A DNA stretch of 64,000 nucleotides from Mytilus californianus (Eukaryota). Position numbers and translations under genes: made by a program. Location of the stretch: positions 93,372,001 to 93,436,000 of the forward strand of contig NW_026262723.1 in assembly GCF_021869535.1 (NCBI RefSeq), in the 5' to 3' direction. A model generated the notes under the pieces. That model was not told the DNA's origin and made no database searches. It saw only the letters and a list, made by a program, of their open reading frames with translations. Shown here one piece after another: positions 23,501 to 35,512 of the stretch (position 1 is the first letter of the stretch; each line of letters begins with the position of its first letter).

Positions 23501-26500
23501 ACATAATTAAACTAACGATACAGTTCATTTTACCATTTCCCTTTCCTAGACTGCACGATATCTAAGTTCATTTTACCATTTCATTCCAATAAATATTGGT
23601 ACAAATGAATGTTTCGTCGACAAAGAAACAAGAAATTAGTAATGTTGTAAAAAAGTACAATTAAAGTTATTGATATAGACCAGAATTAACTGTTAATAAC
23701 TGTTTCTGCTTTTGTCATTAACAAGCGTGTTTACTTCAATGTCATCTTTTTGTCGGCTATACTTTTGCTTGAGCGTTTCTGTTTATCCGTTAACCATCCC
23801 TCGATCAATTATTTGGTATTTTAAGATTTCTCACTAAAACATTGAATCCTCTTCAACATGGATAGGTCGAAAAATGTTAAAGAGAGGATGTATGGTGGAT
23901 ATACAAACCTAATACAATACAATCAAAAAGTTTATATGCCAAAGAGAAGTATTTGTATTGTTGTTCTTTATCTTTATAATTTTTTAAAAGTCTTTCATTC
24001 ATAATAGATAGACTCGCCCATTCGGTTGAATTCGTTCTGTTTAGGAATGTTTACTAATATATTTGGCGCTCTGTATGAAGGTTCTTTTAAAATGCGCTTT
24101 GTATGCAGTATATATCGTATCCCACATCCACCACCTTTCTACCAGTAGGAACCGCCGCTGAAACTTGTTATTCACGACTGTGCGCTGTGTACACAGTATC
24201 TTTTTATTTATGATTTAGATATGTACTTAACTTACTTAGATAGTGTTGGTATATCGTATCCCGAATCTACCACCTTTCTACCAGTAGGAACCGCCGCTGA
24301 AACTAGTAGTCTACGACGTAAAGATTTCTGTGCCTCCATATCAAAAGCCTCTTTTATTTCCTACATATAAACAGAGCAAGCAATGAAAAGCTGTTCTTAT
24401 TGTAAACAGGGTCTTTATGATACTAATATTATTTTTAGGGGACGATCAGTTGATTTTTCGGAGGGGGTTGAAAATGAATAAGTTGCCCGTATAAGAAATG
24501 AAAATAGGTAACTTTGCACAAAGCAGGATGAAAATGAATATTCTACAACACAAAATGAAGGAAACATTTGAACAAAAGTGAAAAAAATAAGAATGCATAG
24601 CATCAGATGAAAACAAAGAATCAATCCAGAAAAAAAAATCATCCTGCTCCCCCCCCCGAAAATCAAATGCTCGTCCCCTTATTATAATGAGACGAAAAGG
24701 TACAAATAAATAGATAAATGTGTTTTTAAACGAAGTTAAAACAAATCTCAAAGTTGAAGGTGGTAATGGGAAAAGCACAACACTTGTGGAAAGAAAAAGA
24801 CTTGAATTACCTTAACAAGGAGAGCAAATTTAGGTTTATCCTCCATTTTTCCTTGTCTAAGAGTTGGATATTCCCAGTCGATATCTAATCCATCAAAGTT
24901 ATGTTTACGTAAAAATTCCATCGTAGACAATATAAACGTCATTCGGTTTTCTGGTGTTGCCACCATATCAGAAAAAGCTTTACTGCCTGCATTCCATCCA
25001 CCTATAGCTAACATTGTCTTAACTCCCCGTGTTTTATTCTTTTTTCCATTGAATTCTTTATACCTGAAAACTCAAATAAAAAACAGTCAATTGAATTATA
25101 TAATGTATATCCACGATTTAATATAATTTTGAAGATATTGTTTTTATGTATCTAAAACCTTACTATAAGATCAAACTTCTTTGGGTGAATCTTCATAAAA
25201 TATCTATCATTCATAGAAATGATTGGCTAATATGTTTATTAAAGGATGCATTTTCCGTTGAATAGCTGCAGAATACATGAAATGATAAATTTTGTTTGGT
25301 CTTGTATGGTCGGCCACTTAATAGTTTTGATCTTTTTTTTTACCATAACAATGTCAATTACAAATCGTACAACACAATGTTTACAATTACAATGACGTAC
25401 ATTTTTTCATCATTATACTCTGTAAAAACCAATTTCTTGCCTTCCAATCTGGCAAATGCATATACGATATGTGTACAGAGATCTGGGTTGATATTATCGG
25501 GTGTAAATTTGGCTTCATTATTACGATACTGTGCCCAGTTGGTGAAGTAGCATATTCTTCGAAATGTCTTTATTTCTGAAAAATAATCCAAAATATCAAA
25601 ACTTGCTCAAAGTGTTCTTCTAATCAAACATAAAGCACGAAGATATTTATTTTTTTCAACTGTTAGTAGACATTTCTACCAAAATGTTACTGGTTGATCA
25701 TAATATACAAATTAAATCTTTGTAAACCAAAATAATCCTCAAAATGCATCTTGTCCTTTTCCTAATTGTTGGTAAACTCTAAAATTAACGTAGTTATCTA
25801 ACATATCTCCAGGGCATTAAATAAATTATTTTTGCAATATTCAACGTCAAAATAGGAAAATGAATACTGGTGGTGTCTATGCATTTTTATCCACCATAGA
25901 TCACAAACATTGCTTGAATCTTAGAAATACCTTTAGATGACCCTTTTGACATTTTATTGCCCCCTTGGTAGCCAGCTTAGAAGTCAGTGTTTCGGTACTG
26001 GCATGTTTAATAACATACTTTTCTTAAATTTAAGAAATACAAACAGCATTAAGAAACTAAGGTTTCTACTCCCTCAGGAAAAGTTGATCTTACCGAGATG
26101 GATTTTGCTATTATTTTTAGGTCCCTATTGGTCATATAGCTCTTTACGTGTTTCGGAACTTATAAATCCTTGAATTTTAAATGTTTGGCTTTGTGCGTTT
26201 CTGATGAAGGCAAACCCAGAAAAACGCTTCTGACGCATACAATTTATATAGTGTTAATTCATTTTATGGCATATTCTTATTTTTAAATAACTAAAGCCCA
26301 TGTCGTTAAGATTTTATATTTTCTTATTACCACACTGTTCATCCGTCCCATCTAAACAGTCTTGATCGCCATCACAAACAAAAGCATTGTTCACACAGAC
26401 TCCATTACTACACTGAAAATTATCATCCGGGCATCCTCTGGTGTTATCATTTGTTCTTCCTAAAAAATACCAAAACCCATCATTCTGGTTTATATCTTCT

Positions 26501-28273
26501 AATTGAATCGCCGTCTTTATCGCACTAAATTTAGCCTCAATATTTATCTTATATCACGAAACTTATCAATGGAACTTAAAGAGGTTTAATTGTCGATCAT
26601 TTTGTATTAACGAACATTTGTAGATTCCAGCCATTCAAAATGGTGGCCCAAGGCATGTCAATTATGACGGTAGACTTAAGCCAATGAAAAAGTTGTTACA
26701 TCAAGATTAAAATTAAGAATTTAAGACCACCAACTATTTCATATAGGGTCGGCACGCATGGTCACCGATTTTCCTGAAATTTAGCCTGACAATATAATCA
26801 GATGCAAAAGTAAGAAAAATGCATTAGCAAAATATACAGTTTTGCATCCACCCCCATTTAAGTTGTGGTTATAATTATAAATTATTCATGTCTCTAGTCA
26901 ATAACTTACAATAAAATGTTTGGGATTCCGGTCGCTAGGATGATTGCTATGGAAACCAAAATGTGTCATTTTTGTTTTTTGTCTTTAGAAATTCGACCAT
27001 GTTATTAAGATAACCCGAAAACAGTGATTACTATTGAATGACTATGATGTGAAACTATGAAGGAATAAATAACCTTCAATTTGACCCAAGGTCAAAGGTC
27101 ATTGATGACCTTGACCTTTGATCATGCATATATTAATTGGATTTTGTAAGAAAAGATAATAGAAAGACGCAAACAATACATGAGAAAAGTCCTTAGCAAC
27201 CATTCATTTATAGTGGAAAAGGGCCTAGCAACCATTCATTTTATTGGAAAAGTGCCTAGTAACCACTTATTTATATTGGAAAAGTGCCTATATATTTTTC
27301 GAATACAATGAAAACTCCATTATTTTAATCAGTGATGCCACCTTCTCCACTAATTATAAGAATTGATTTTTATCATTTATCCAACCAATTAAATGCTATA
27401 TTTTAATGAAAAAATGTTACAATATTCATCAAGATTGAAATGTGTGCATGATAACTGCTTGAAGTTGGTCATTTTTTTACGTCAAAATATGCAATTTTGA
27501 GCCATAGTCCAAGGAGACCCATAACCATGGCAACGGGGACATAAACATTTTATTTATCATTTTATCAACATATTTCTTATATGTTTATTGATAGCTACAA
27601 ACAAACAAAATTTCAAGAAGATCTGAGACTATGTGTGCCGCAACTCGGTTGTTGGTTACATATAATTGCTATTAAGGTGGGACTTTTATATTATCAGATT
27701 ACGAGCTTAAAGAGCTTTCTCTCAGTAACTGATATAATCTTAGTAACGGTATTTCAAGCTATACAATGTTCCGGTCCCATGTAAAGTGCCCAAATCAGGA
27801 TGTTCGTTACTGATATCTTCTTGTTGATGATAGATCTATCTATAACACAACATGTCTATATGTACTTGGCAAATCCCAGTTCAAAGGTATCGCGCTTTTA
27901 CTGCTGTTCTTCATCTCAAAGTCACCGTAAGGTTCAGCACGAACCAAACGCTTACATATCACTGCAAGTCCGCCTGAAGCACTCATTGAATTTCACAGGA
28001 AGCAAACAACGACATCTCAATGCAAGTTTGGACGGCGTAAAATCTATCAGATACACAGAGGATATGAAAATTGGTCCAAGTAAAAACTCGACAATTGTCA
28101 ACTCTATTCAGCGAGTAACCTCAGTTTTAGTATAGAATTTGATATAGATGTGATATTAGACTTACGACAGGATTCTTCGTCTGAACTATCAGAGCAGTCT
28201 GGATCATTGTCACACACCCACTGTTTCGGTATACAAGTACCGGTCTTGCATCTGAACTGGGTTTCCAAACAGT
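17335..28273 (-). CDS. Spliced chitinase: LDLa-LDLa-GH18-Thr-rich linker-CBM14 (5' exon(s) not found)
   Basis: Ten GT-AG exons join in frame (1820 nt, about 605 aa): 28273-28166, 26459-26331, 25575-25401, 25063-24811, 24360-24236, 23445-23325, 22229-22041, 20906-20784, 20456-20057, 17531-17335. GH18 motifs [43 protein letters not shown] and MVWSL. Confidence 0.93.
17875..18239 (+). mobile_element. SINE with a Meta/Deu-like central domain and (CAAT)n tail
   Basis: ggggacgttaaatccgatgcctcgtg..gcacgttaaagaatccttgcaac core; tail atatgcatgaaatattggcaatggac..caatcaatcaatca, also seen reversed at 60590-60660. Confidence 0.6.
19608..19725 (-). mobile_element. Retrozyme-like repeat B2
   Basis: Minus strand gagcgttc-CTGGTGA-aGGtaaatCCa-GAAA-aGCGcttaggaCGC-ATG. 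Confidence 0.65.
20057..20456 (-). CDS. Chitinase exon: GH18 end plus Thr/Pro-rich linker
   Basis: gtaattgtag|[35 protein letters not shown]..; donor AAA T|gtaagt (phase 1). Confidence 0.9.
20784..20906 (-). CDS. Chitinase GH18 exon
   Basis: [41 protein letters not shown]; phase 0-0. Confidence 0.92.
21071..21439. repeat. 40-bp minisatellite, about 9 units, in a chitinase intron
   Basis: Unit ttgattcattgctatgtgttcgagtgagtcaatgaccaag; contiguous, no spacers. Confidence 0.95.
21437..21560 (-). mobile_element. Retrozyme-like repeat B2
   Basis: Minus strand gagcgttc-CCGGTGA-aggtatatcca-GAAA-atgctgcggacgc-ATG; abuts the 40-bp array. Confidence 0.6.
22041..22229 (-). CDS. Chitinase GH18 exon
   Basis: [40 protein letters not shown]; phase 0-0. 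Confidence 0.93.
23325..23445 (-). CDS. Chitinase GH18 exon
   Basis: [31 protein letters not shown]; phase 2-0. Confidence 0.93.
24236..24360 (-). CDS. Chitinase GH18 exon
   Basis: [42 protein letters not shown]; phase 0-2; absent from the ORF track. Confidence 0.9.
24438..24678. mobile_element. 241-bp MITE with TIRs and a TTA target-site duplication (PIF/Harbinger- or Zator-like)
   Basis: Left GGGGACGATCAGTTGATTTTTCGG; right (reverse complement) GGGGACGAGCATTTGATTTTCGG. TTA at 24435-24437 and 24679-24681. A related fragment lies at about 40165-40310. Confidence 0.8.
24811..25063 (-). CDS. Chitinase GH18 catalytic exon
   Basis: [34 protein letters not shown]; DxDxE intact. Confidence 0.95.
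25401..25575 (-). CDS. Chitinase first GH18 exon
   Basis: [33 protein letters not shown]; phase 1-2. Confidence 0.93.
26100..26270 (+). mobile_element. Retrozyme-like repeat B2 with both core boxes intact
   Basis: tgcgttt-CTGATGA(26201-26207)-aGGcaaacCCa-GAAA(26219-26222)-aaCGcttctgaCGc-ATA; stems II and III are weak. Confidence 0.65.
26331..26459 (-). CDS. Chitinase exon: LDL-receptor class A module 2
   Basis: [42 protein letters not shown]; six Cys and the acidic Ca-binding motif; phase 1-1, in frame with the GH18 exon. Confidence 0.9.
26745..27797. mobile_element. Old non-autonomous DNA-transposon-like element between the LDLa exons
   Basis: Degenerate inverted ends (agggtcggcac../..gtgcccaaatc), internal tgaccttgacc/ggtcaaaggtca motifs and a roughly 32-bp degenerate repeat at 27184-27292. 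Confidence 0.4.
28166..28273 (-). CDS. Chitinase exon: LDL-receptor class A module 1
   Basis: (D)[35 protein letters not shown]; canonical LDLa; phase 1-1, donor gtaagt. Confidence 0.88.
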
Positions 28274-31200
28274 CTTCAAATTCAGAAAACAAATCATTAT
28301 AATATAATCACTGTCAGAAGATCATCTTAAATGGTTTTTGAATAACCCAGCAGTGACACAAACAAAATCATTACCATTCGCCCGCTATCATATCAGAATT
28401 ATAACATACTATAGTATTTGAAGTGGGTTTCTAGACAAATAAGAAATAAAAAGTGAATAAGTTTTATTCTCTTTTTTGTATTTCAGTAGTTTAAGAATAA
28501 GTATTACGATAACATCGTCATCAGTCTTATATATACATGTGTGTGATTGAATAAATTTAAATGAGTCACCTTAAATGTTTATTGTATAAACTGCTGGTTT
28601 TGTTGTTGATGAAAATTAAAATTGATGAAAACTGTCATTAGTTTGAGTCTTTCTCGGTAAAAATCTCACGGAGTCTTCAATGTCCAATGTTTATTCGACA
28701 AAATGTGTTCATGTCCAAATAGAATTACGTATATGTTGAAGCTCAGCTTTAAATGATTACTTAGCATAAATGATAAATTAATGCCATCAATTTTGATTTG
28801 TGAAATATAAAATTCTATACATACCTTGCTGTGCTTTTAAATGTCCTATTTGAATAATTACAATGAATAAAACTTTAAGTCCCAATTCCTGAAAATAAAT
28901 TAAAAGCATTGCGTAAATCTATGTTTTCTAGTATGGAAACTGTTTGCTTATGTCAAAATATATTATACCAAAGGTGACCTGTAGGAAATTTTATAATTAT
29001 TTTTAATATCAAAAACAAGAATCTGAATGAAACTTTCTTTCAATCGACAGTATATATATATATCACTAGAAACATGTGTTATAAAAATGAGCATGTAAAA
29101 AAAATATTTTCAAACTGATATAAATAAGATATTATAACTTGAGTACCAAGAGATTTTCAAAAAAAAATCCAGTATCTTATCATGATTAATAAATGATTAA
29201 ATAAAATTGATTCTTACCATCTCATTAAAATAAACTCAATTTTAAGCAAAGTTCATTCAATCCGAATTTGCATTTTTCCAACAATAAAGACAACAATATA
29301 TAAAAATGTTACCAATTAGTGTTATTTCTTAAGTAGAAAAACATGTCGGCAATTTGGAATCATAAAAAACGATCCCATTTTGTTAACTGGTTTGTACATA
29401 TGCCAATTTACTGAAAAACTGTGGCTTGATATAAATAATACAAATAGACTACACAACGTTACACATTATGCTACATCGGATTTCCTTGTCGCACACCACT
29501 TCAGTTCAATACACTTTGATAAACGACCGCTAATAGGCTATAAAAATGTCAAAAGTACATGTAAATTACATTTATAATAATTACCTATAATTACCAAAAA
29601 ACGTGTGTTTGCATATTTTTGTTCAGAAATTTTACTCAACCATTATATTATTATGTGTGTCAATTGCATACATTAGATGTTTATATTTATTCGTCAACAT
29701 AAAAACTAATTTTTCATGCAAATGAAAATAAAAAAAAATACATCCACAAGTAAGAAACATGTATCAATATTGTTTTTAATAAATGCTTTCATTCCATTGC
29801 AAGACACCAGAGTGGATTGATCCGAAGTAAAGACAACGAAAGTGAGGAATCATTAATTTCTAATAAAATAAATATATTTTGGAAGGACACAAGAACTGAA
29901 TACGTCAAGTTTGATGAATTGCAAATTGTTTATTTAATAACGTTTATAGGAGTTTATATCTATTTGTATTTGAAAGTTATGTAAACGGCAAAAACTTTCA
30001 ATATTTGATAAATTACATGAATTTGTAGTTTTGCTGACGTGTTAAAACATGAAGCAATTTAGGGAAATACAAAAAGTAAATTAATTTTTAAGGTAATGAT
30101 TGCAAAACCATAATTTGAAAACAGACTCAAATGAACTTAATTATCTCGGTATGGATTGGAAACTTTACTAAATGTCTCTAAATTCAGACTCAACACTCAA
30201 GATGCTTTATAAACCTTAGACACAACGTGTAAAAAAGGATGATAACATGTTTTACAATTTAACGAGAAGTATTACAATTTACTTGTATGGATATATTTAT
30301 ACATATAAGAATGCAGCATCTAATACAGTTGTATTTCTGTTTGTTTAGAGTCACAAAAAATTTAAGAATATTGATATTTTATCTTCATTCAAACTGTTCA
30401 CATAATCTGGAGGATATGTATTTTTTTCTAATAACCTTGACTTGATTATGGTTACAAACGAAGAAATACTTGACTGATTCAAATCCCCCTTTTACGATAC
30501 CTGGCAATCTTGTTCGTTTCTATCAACATTTCAAAATTTGAACACCAAATAAATGTTTAAACTTTCTACACTGGCACAAAATATTCTCCAGCGGTTTTTT
30601 ATTTTTTAAGAGTAAACATCAGAACGCGACGATGCGCATTTTTAAAAATATCAATGTTTTACATACTGATCATAGAACCTTTGTTTTACAATTGACTTCG
30701 ATACTTGTTTTTGACATGTAATTGATCATTCAATATATAATACTACATTCATCAAAGATTGATTTTACGTAAGTTATCCATTTTAACGTTGTAATTATAA
30801 CACTAACCTTTACACAATACTTTTGATCTTCTGATAGTTTATTTTAGTCACATATACATTTGTAAGAAGCTATTTCAAAACCATAACATGGTAAGAAAAT
30901 GTTTTGCGGTCCTTGGTTTATTAGATTTTTATTTTACGTGTTCTATATACACTTTATAACTGCAGACGGAGGCGCTATGATAAGAGCACTTATTTTACCC
31001 CTAAAAGTGCAGAAGTAGTAATCCTATTCAAGCCTTTCAAATTTATGTTAATTTCATTGATAAATGAACAAGTAACTGTGACTTGACTGTAAGTGTTGCT
31101 CTCAACCTATTGCAACTTATTCAAAATTTTGACCAAATTGCAATTTGTTTTATAAAACCAAACTGTTCAACTGGTCAGAAATTTGATCAAACTGCTGTAG

Positions 31201-31353
31201 AAAACCACAGTCAAGTCGTGAAAGTGCAAGGTGATGAAATAAAGCATACTTACAATCCTTTAAGACTTTAATTCCACTTCAATGTTATAATGAAAAATCA
31301 GTCTTACAGTTTGTATAGAAATTTTATTGTTATTGTCATGCTAAAGGTGATGA

Positions 31354-31752
31354 GTAGTAATTTTGAATTGCCATAAAAATGTCCAAACTAAGATTTCATA
31401 CAATTTTTCTTTCGAAAAGTCTTCTGTATTCATAAGAATCAGACATCATTTGAATTAAAACATTTTATATTCAGTAAAATATGTGTGAAATTACAATACG
31501 TGTTTAGTAAGTTTCCATGGGAGATAATCAATTTTTCTTTCGAAAAGTTTTCTACATTCAAAAGAATAATGTTTTAGGTTATTTCCCATGGAAACTTATT
31601 AACAACGTATTGTAATTTCACATATATTTTACTGAATGTAAGATGTTTTAATTCAAATGATGTCTGATTCTTATGAATATAGAAGACTTTTCGAAAGAAA
31701 AATTGTATGAAAGCTTAGTTTGGACATTTTTATGGCAATTCAAAATTACTAC
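31354..31752. mobile_element. 399-bp palindromic (foldback) MITE
   Basis: Arms 31354-31527 and 31579-31752 (174 bp) are near-perfect reverse complements around a 51-bp spacer. Confidence 0.85.
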
Positions 31753-34024
31753 CCATGCATTTTATTTTTTATTTGAAGTATCTAATACATCTAGGGTAAC
31801 TATCTTTGATGCAAACGCCGCAAAAGGAGAGATATTTAAGCAAATTGACAATTAAGACATTGACAATTCCATTCCTACATTCAAGTAGAAAAAGCTGTCA
31901 CAATGTTTTATCTACGTAGAGACTATAAAAGCACAAGCAATACAAAAAAAAACTACATGCAATATGAGATACATAAAGTTCTTTCTTACTTTTGTTGACA
32001 TTGCTATTGAATAAAATATAGATGTTTTCATTAATAAAACGAAACGTGATGATTGATAAATGTATAATTTTGGTAACAAGAGTTTAGCAAAAAATAAATG
32101 TAATACATTTTTACACGTTATTTATAAGCTTCCGATGGATTAATATTCTTGTATACAGTTTCACGTTTGAATTCTACTAAAACTTCGTCAGTGTAATACT
32201 ATTACTTTTCATACACGCCTTCACATAGTATACTACGCTTGTAGAGTAAACTGTCAATCAAATCTAGTGAAATTTATGGACAGACAGAATGGGAGATTCA
32301 CATATTTAACCCCCAAACACCCATATAACGAAAAATACACGTAATTAAAAATTAATATGTTACAGGTGGCATTTTTTACTCACAACACAGGCACCTTCTT
32401 CTTCTTTGGGTACGCTCGGAAGAAGACATATACCACCTTAGCTATTCTATCGTCTAATAAAAACAACATCGATGAGATTGTTTTATTTAATGAACTTAAC
32501 TAAAAAGGCGATATTAGGCACACTTCAATGAGACAACAGCCCAACATCTCAAGCAAATCAAAAAATTTATCTACAGATGAACATATACGGTCGACAAAAA
32601 TAGTATATCATATATAAGTTACAGTAATAGTCATCCATGTATATCATACTTAAATATCGACAATGTTTACCTTGAAGTTCGGATCATTTATTATTCACTT
32701 TTCATTTCATACATCAGGTTGTACGTCACGCGGAGACTAGACAAGGTGTGAAGGAATTTGACAAGGAAGTATTATATCGAAAATCTCACAAAATAAAATG
32801 CTTAATGGAGGGAAAATATGAAGATCAACAATTAACGACGATGTTCCTGAATTGGGACAAGCACATAACACACGGCGTGATAAAATAGTTTTCTGACTAC
32901 TTGAAAACTTAGCGACTTAGAAAAGTCATAGAAAAACCAATTTTGTGTGATAGAAAGAAATCTAAACGATAGAATTTTAAGATAGAACTAGAACACACCC
33001 GCGACATCGCAGGTCCGTGACTGAATTAATGTACCTATGCCTTATTTTTATGCCTGGATTTCTAGTGTTCGTATTATCAACTGATAAAATCATGCTGAAT
33101 GTAAGGTGCACAGTTTTCTCTGCTTTCAAAATTTTTCTGTTTGAAACCGTCCTGGTTGTCTTACTACAATCAACTTACTATAAACTAAATTTAATTTTTT
33201 AACTAATAAACAAAAATTAATTAATAGTGGTATTGACGTGGAAGAAAACAGACTTGTTAAATAGTATACTTTAGTGTAACATAGATATAAATCAACCACT
33301 GGAAGAATTCTAGGTTCTCCTGAAAGAGGAGGGATTTACAGAAGGTAACAGGTAACTACAACCGAAAACTACATGAGACATATACTATATTCACGGTAGG
33401 TATAGTGTCCGGCGTAGATCAGGTTTTTTTCGAGTGATATTACATGCGATCAGATCAATTTACTGCTATTTCGCGTTTATATAGTTTTATAGTTTTATTC
33501 ATGACTGATAATCTTATTCTGAATACTATACATGTTTTGATCACAAACAACGCACAATTTCCTTGTAGTTCACTATCAATTCAGTGTTTTACATTGTCCG
33601 TGTTTTTTCGAGAGCAACATTTAAAACGTCCAGGTTTTAAAACAAATGGTCCGGGTTTTTCAAAGAAAAAGTGAATAAGAAAGAAGGCATTCTTGGGCTA
33701 AAAAACTAACTTTTTCTAGTTTGTAACTGTTATTTAGCGAAGGGCAATATTATACATTGCTAATAAGTAACAAAACATATTACTATGTTGATCAAATTTA
33801 ACCCTTTTCAATTTAATGATAATTTTCTGTTCTGAAAACATTTTACCACAACCTTGCAGTATTAGAATATATCAGAGATTCTTTGTAAAACTGTCTTTAG
33901 AACCGAGAACAGGGGACTCATAATCTTTTCAATATCATTTTCATGCTACAATATTTTTTTTACAGTAAATAGTATGATTTATATACATTACGGTGGCGAA
34001 ACCTGCAGTTTTCAAAATAGAGTT

Positions 34025-34432
34025 TGAGTTAAGCCATTTCAATTGCTATTTTATAGTGTGTCTTTCTATGTTGTGATGTCACACTATTATTTCAAGGTAG
34101 GGTGCGGGTTGGCACCTATTAGAACGTTTGAACCCGCTGCATTTGTTTGCACCTGTCCTAAGTCAGGAACCTGATGTTCAGTGGTTGTCATTGTTGATGT
34201 GGTTCATAAGTGTTTCTCGTTTCTCGTTTTTTATATAGATTAGACCGTTGGTTTTCCTGTTTGAATGGTTTTACACTAGTCATTTTTGGGGCCCTTTATA
34301 GCTTGCTGTTCGGTGTGAGCCAAGGCTCCGTGTTGAAGGCCGTACTTTGACCTATAATGGTTTACTTTTACAAATTGTGACTTGGATGGAGAGTTGTCTC
34401 ATTGGCACTCATACCACATCTTCCTATATCTA
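34025..34432 (-). mobile_element. Abundant interspersed repeat family A, full-length copy
   Basis: Core AAGATGTGGTATGA.TGCCAATGAGACAAC..ACGGCCTTCAAC shared by at least 8 copies here; recalled as a Mytilus-type high-copy repeat. Confidence 0.8.
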
Positions 34433-35243
34433 TTAAGAAAACAAAGGGACAGAAGTTATAATTTCAGTAAAAAAATGCAATATACCACAAATTATCTACT
34501 AAGAGAGGCCTGTGACCAGCCAAGCACCCCACCTCCCCCCAGAAAAAACTTTTAATCCTCCCCTGTACTATTTCCTATTGACAATAAATTTTGAATTGAA
34601 TGGAATGTATAATAAACAATGAAATAAATGATACATAAGCTTTTTTATATGATCCTTTTGAAATAATTAAAAATAAGACAAATGTGTATACAATAGCGTA
34701 CACCTCGTGTATTTAATTCATGTCTTTTGGCAGAGTTCCGTAGATATACATTGGTAATTGTAATGTCTAGATAGACATCCATATTTTTCATTTTTAAAGC
34801 ACTGCTAACTGATGGAAAAGAAGCTATCATGGTGTTTTATTGATGTGTGACCAAGTGATCATATTCCTCATCACAGTATTAGCATTTGAAAATTCTTCTT
34901 GTTTTCCATTCATAGAACGATAAAATAAATTATCATCAAGACAAATAGTAAATGAAACATCTAGGATGTATTTTTTGTTAAAAAAATACACATACCCGCT
35001 TAACACACAAAATGCACGTACGTCTCAATCTAACATTGTACTGTTTGGTACTTTAGTCTGGGAAAACATGATTTATTGATTAGTTGTAACTGGCTTTGAA
35101 CTAGCTTTCAGTAACCTATATCAATACTTTGTATCTATTGTTTTTATGTTAGTTGGTTTGTCTGTGCATTGTACCGATCTGTTGAGTAAAGCCATTTGTA
35201 ACTGATTTTTACAATTTGTTCTTATTTTGTGCTGTAACACCAT

Positions 35244-35512
35244 AAGGCCGTACGGTGACCTACAGTTGTTAATTTCTGTGTCATTTGGTTTCTTGTAGAG
35301 AGTTGTCTCATTGGTAATCATACCACATCTTCTTATTTTTATATTTACAAACATGTTTATGTAGTTCATACGTGTTTCTCGTTTCTCGTTATTATATAGA
35401 TTAGACCGTTGGTTTTTCCGTTTGAATGGTTTTACACTAGTAATTTTTTGGAGCCCTTTATAGCTTGCTGTTCGGTGTGAGCCAATGCTCCGTGTAGAGG
35501 GCGGTACCTTGA
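35244..35512 (-). mobile_element. Two adjacent family A fragments
   Basis: 35244-35342 is the head; 35343-35512 is close to 34195-34350. Confidence 0.75.

Noticed and set aside
26940-27535. X-box-like motifs (ATTGCTATGGAAAC, CCATGGCAAC) as chitinase regulatory sites
   Set aside because: They lie inside a transposon-like repeat where such motifs are common.
29200-33000. Candidate signal-peptide exons for the chitinase
   Set aside because: No ATG-hydrophobic stretch ending in a phase-1 donor could be supported.
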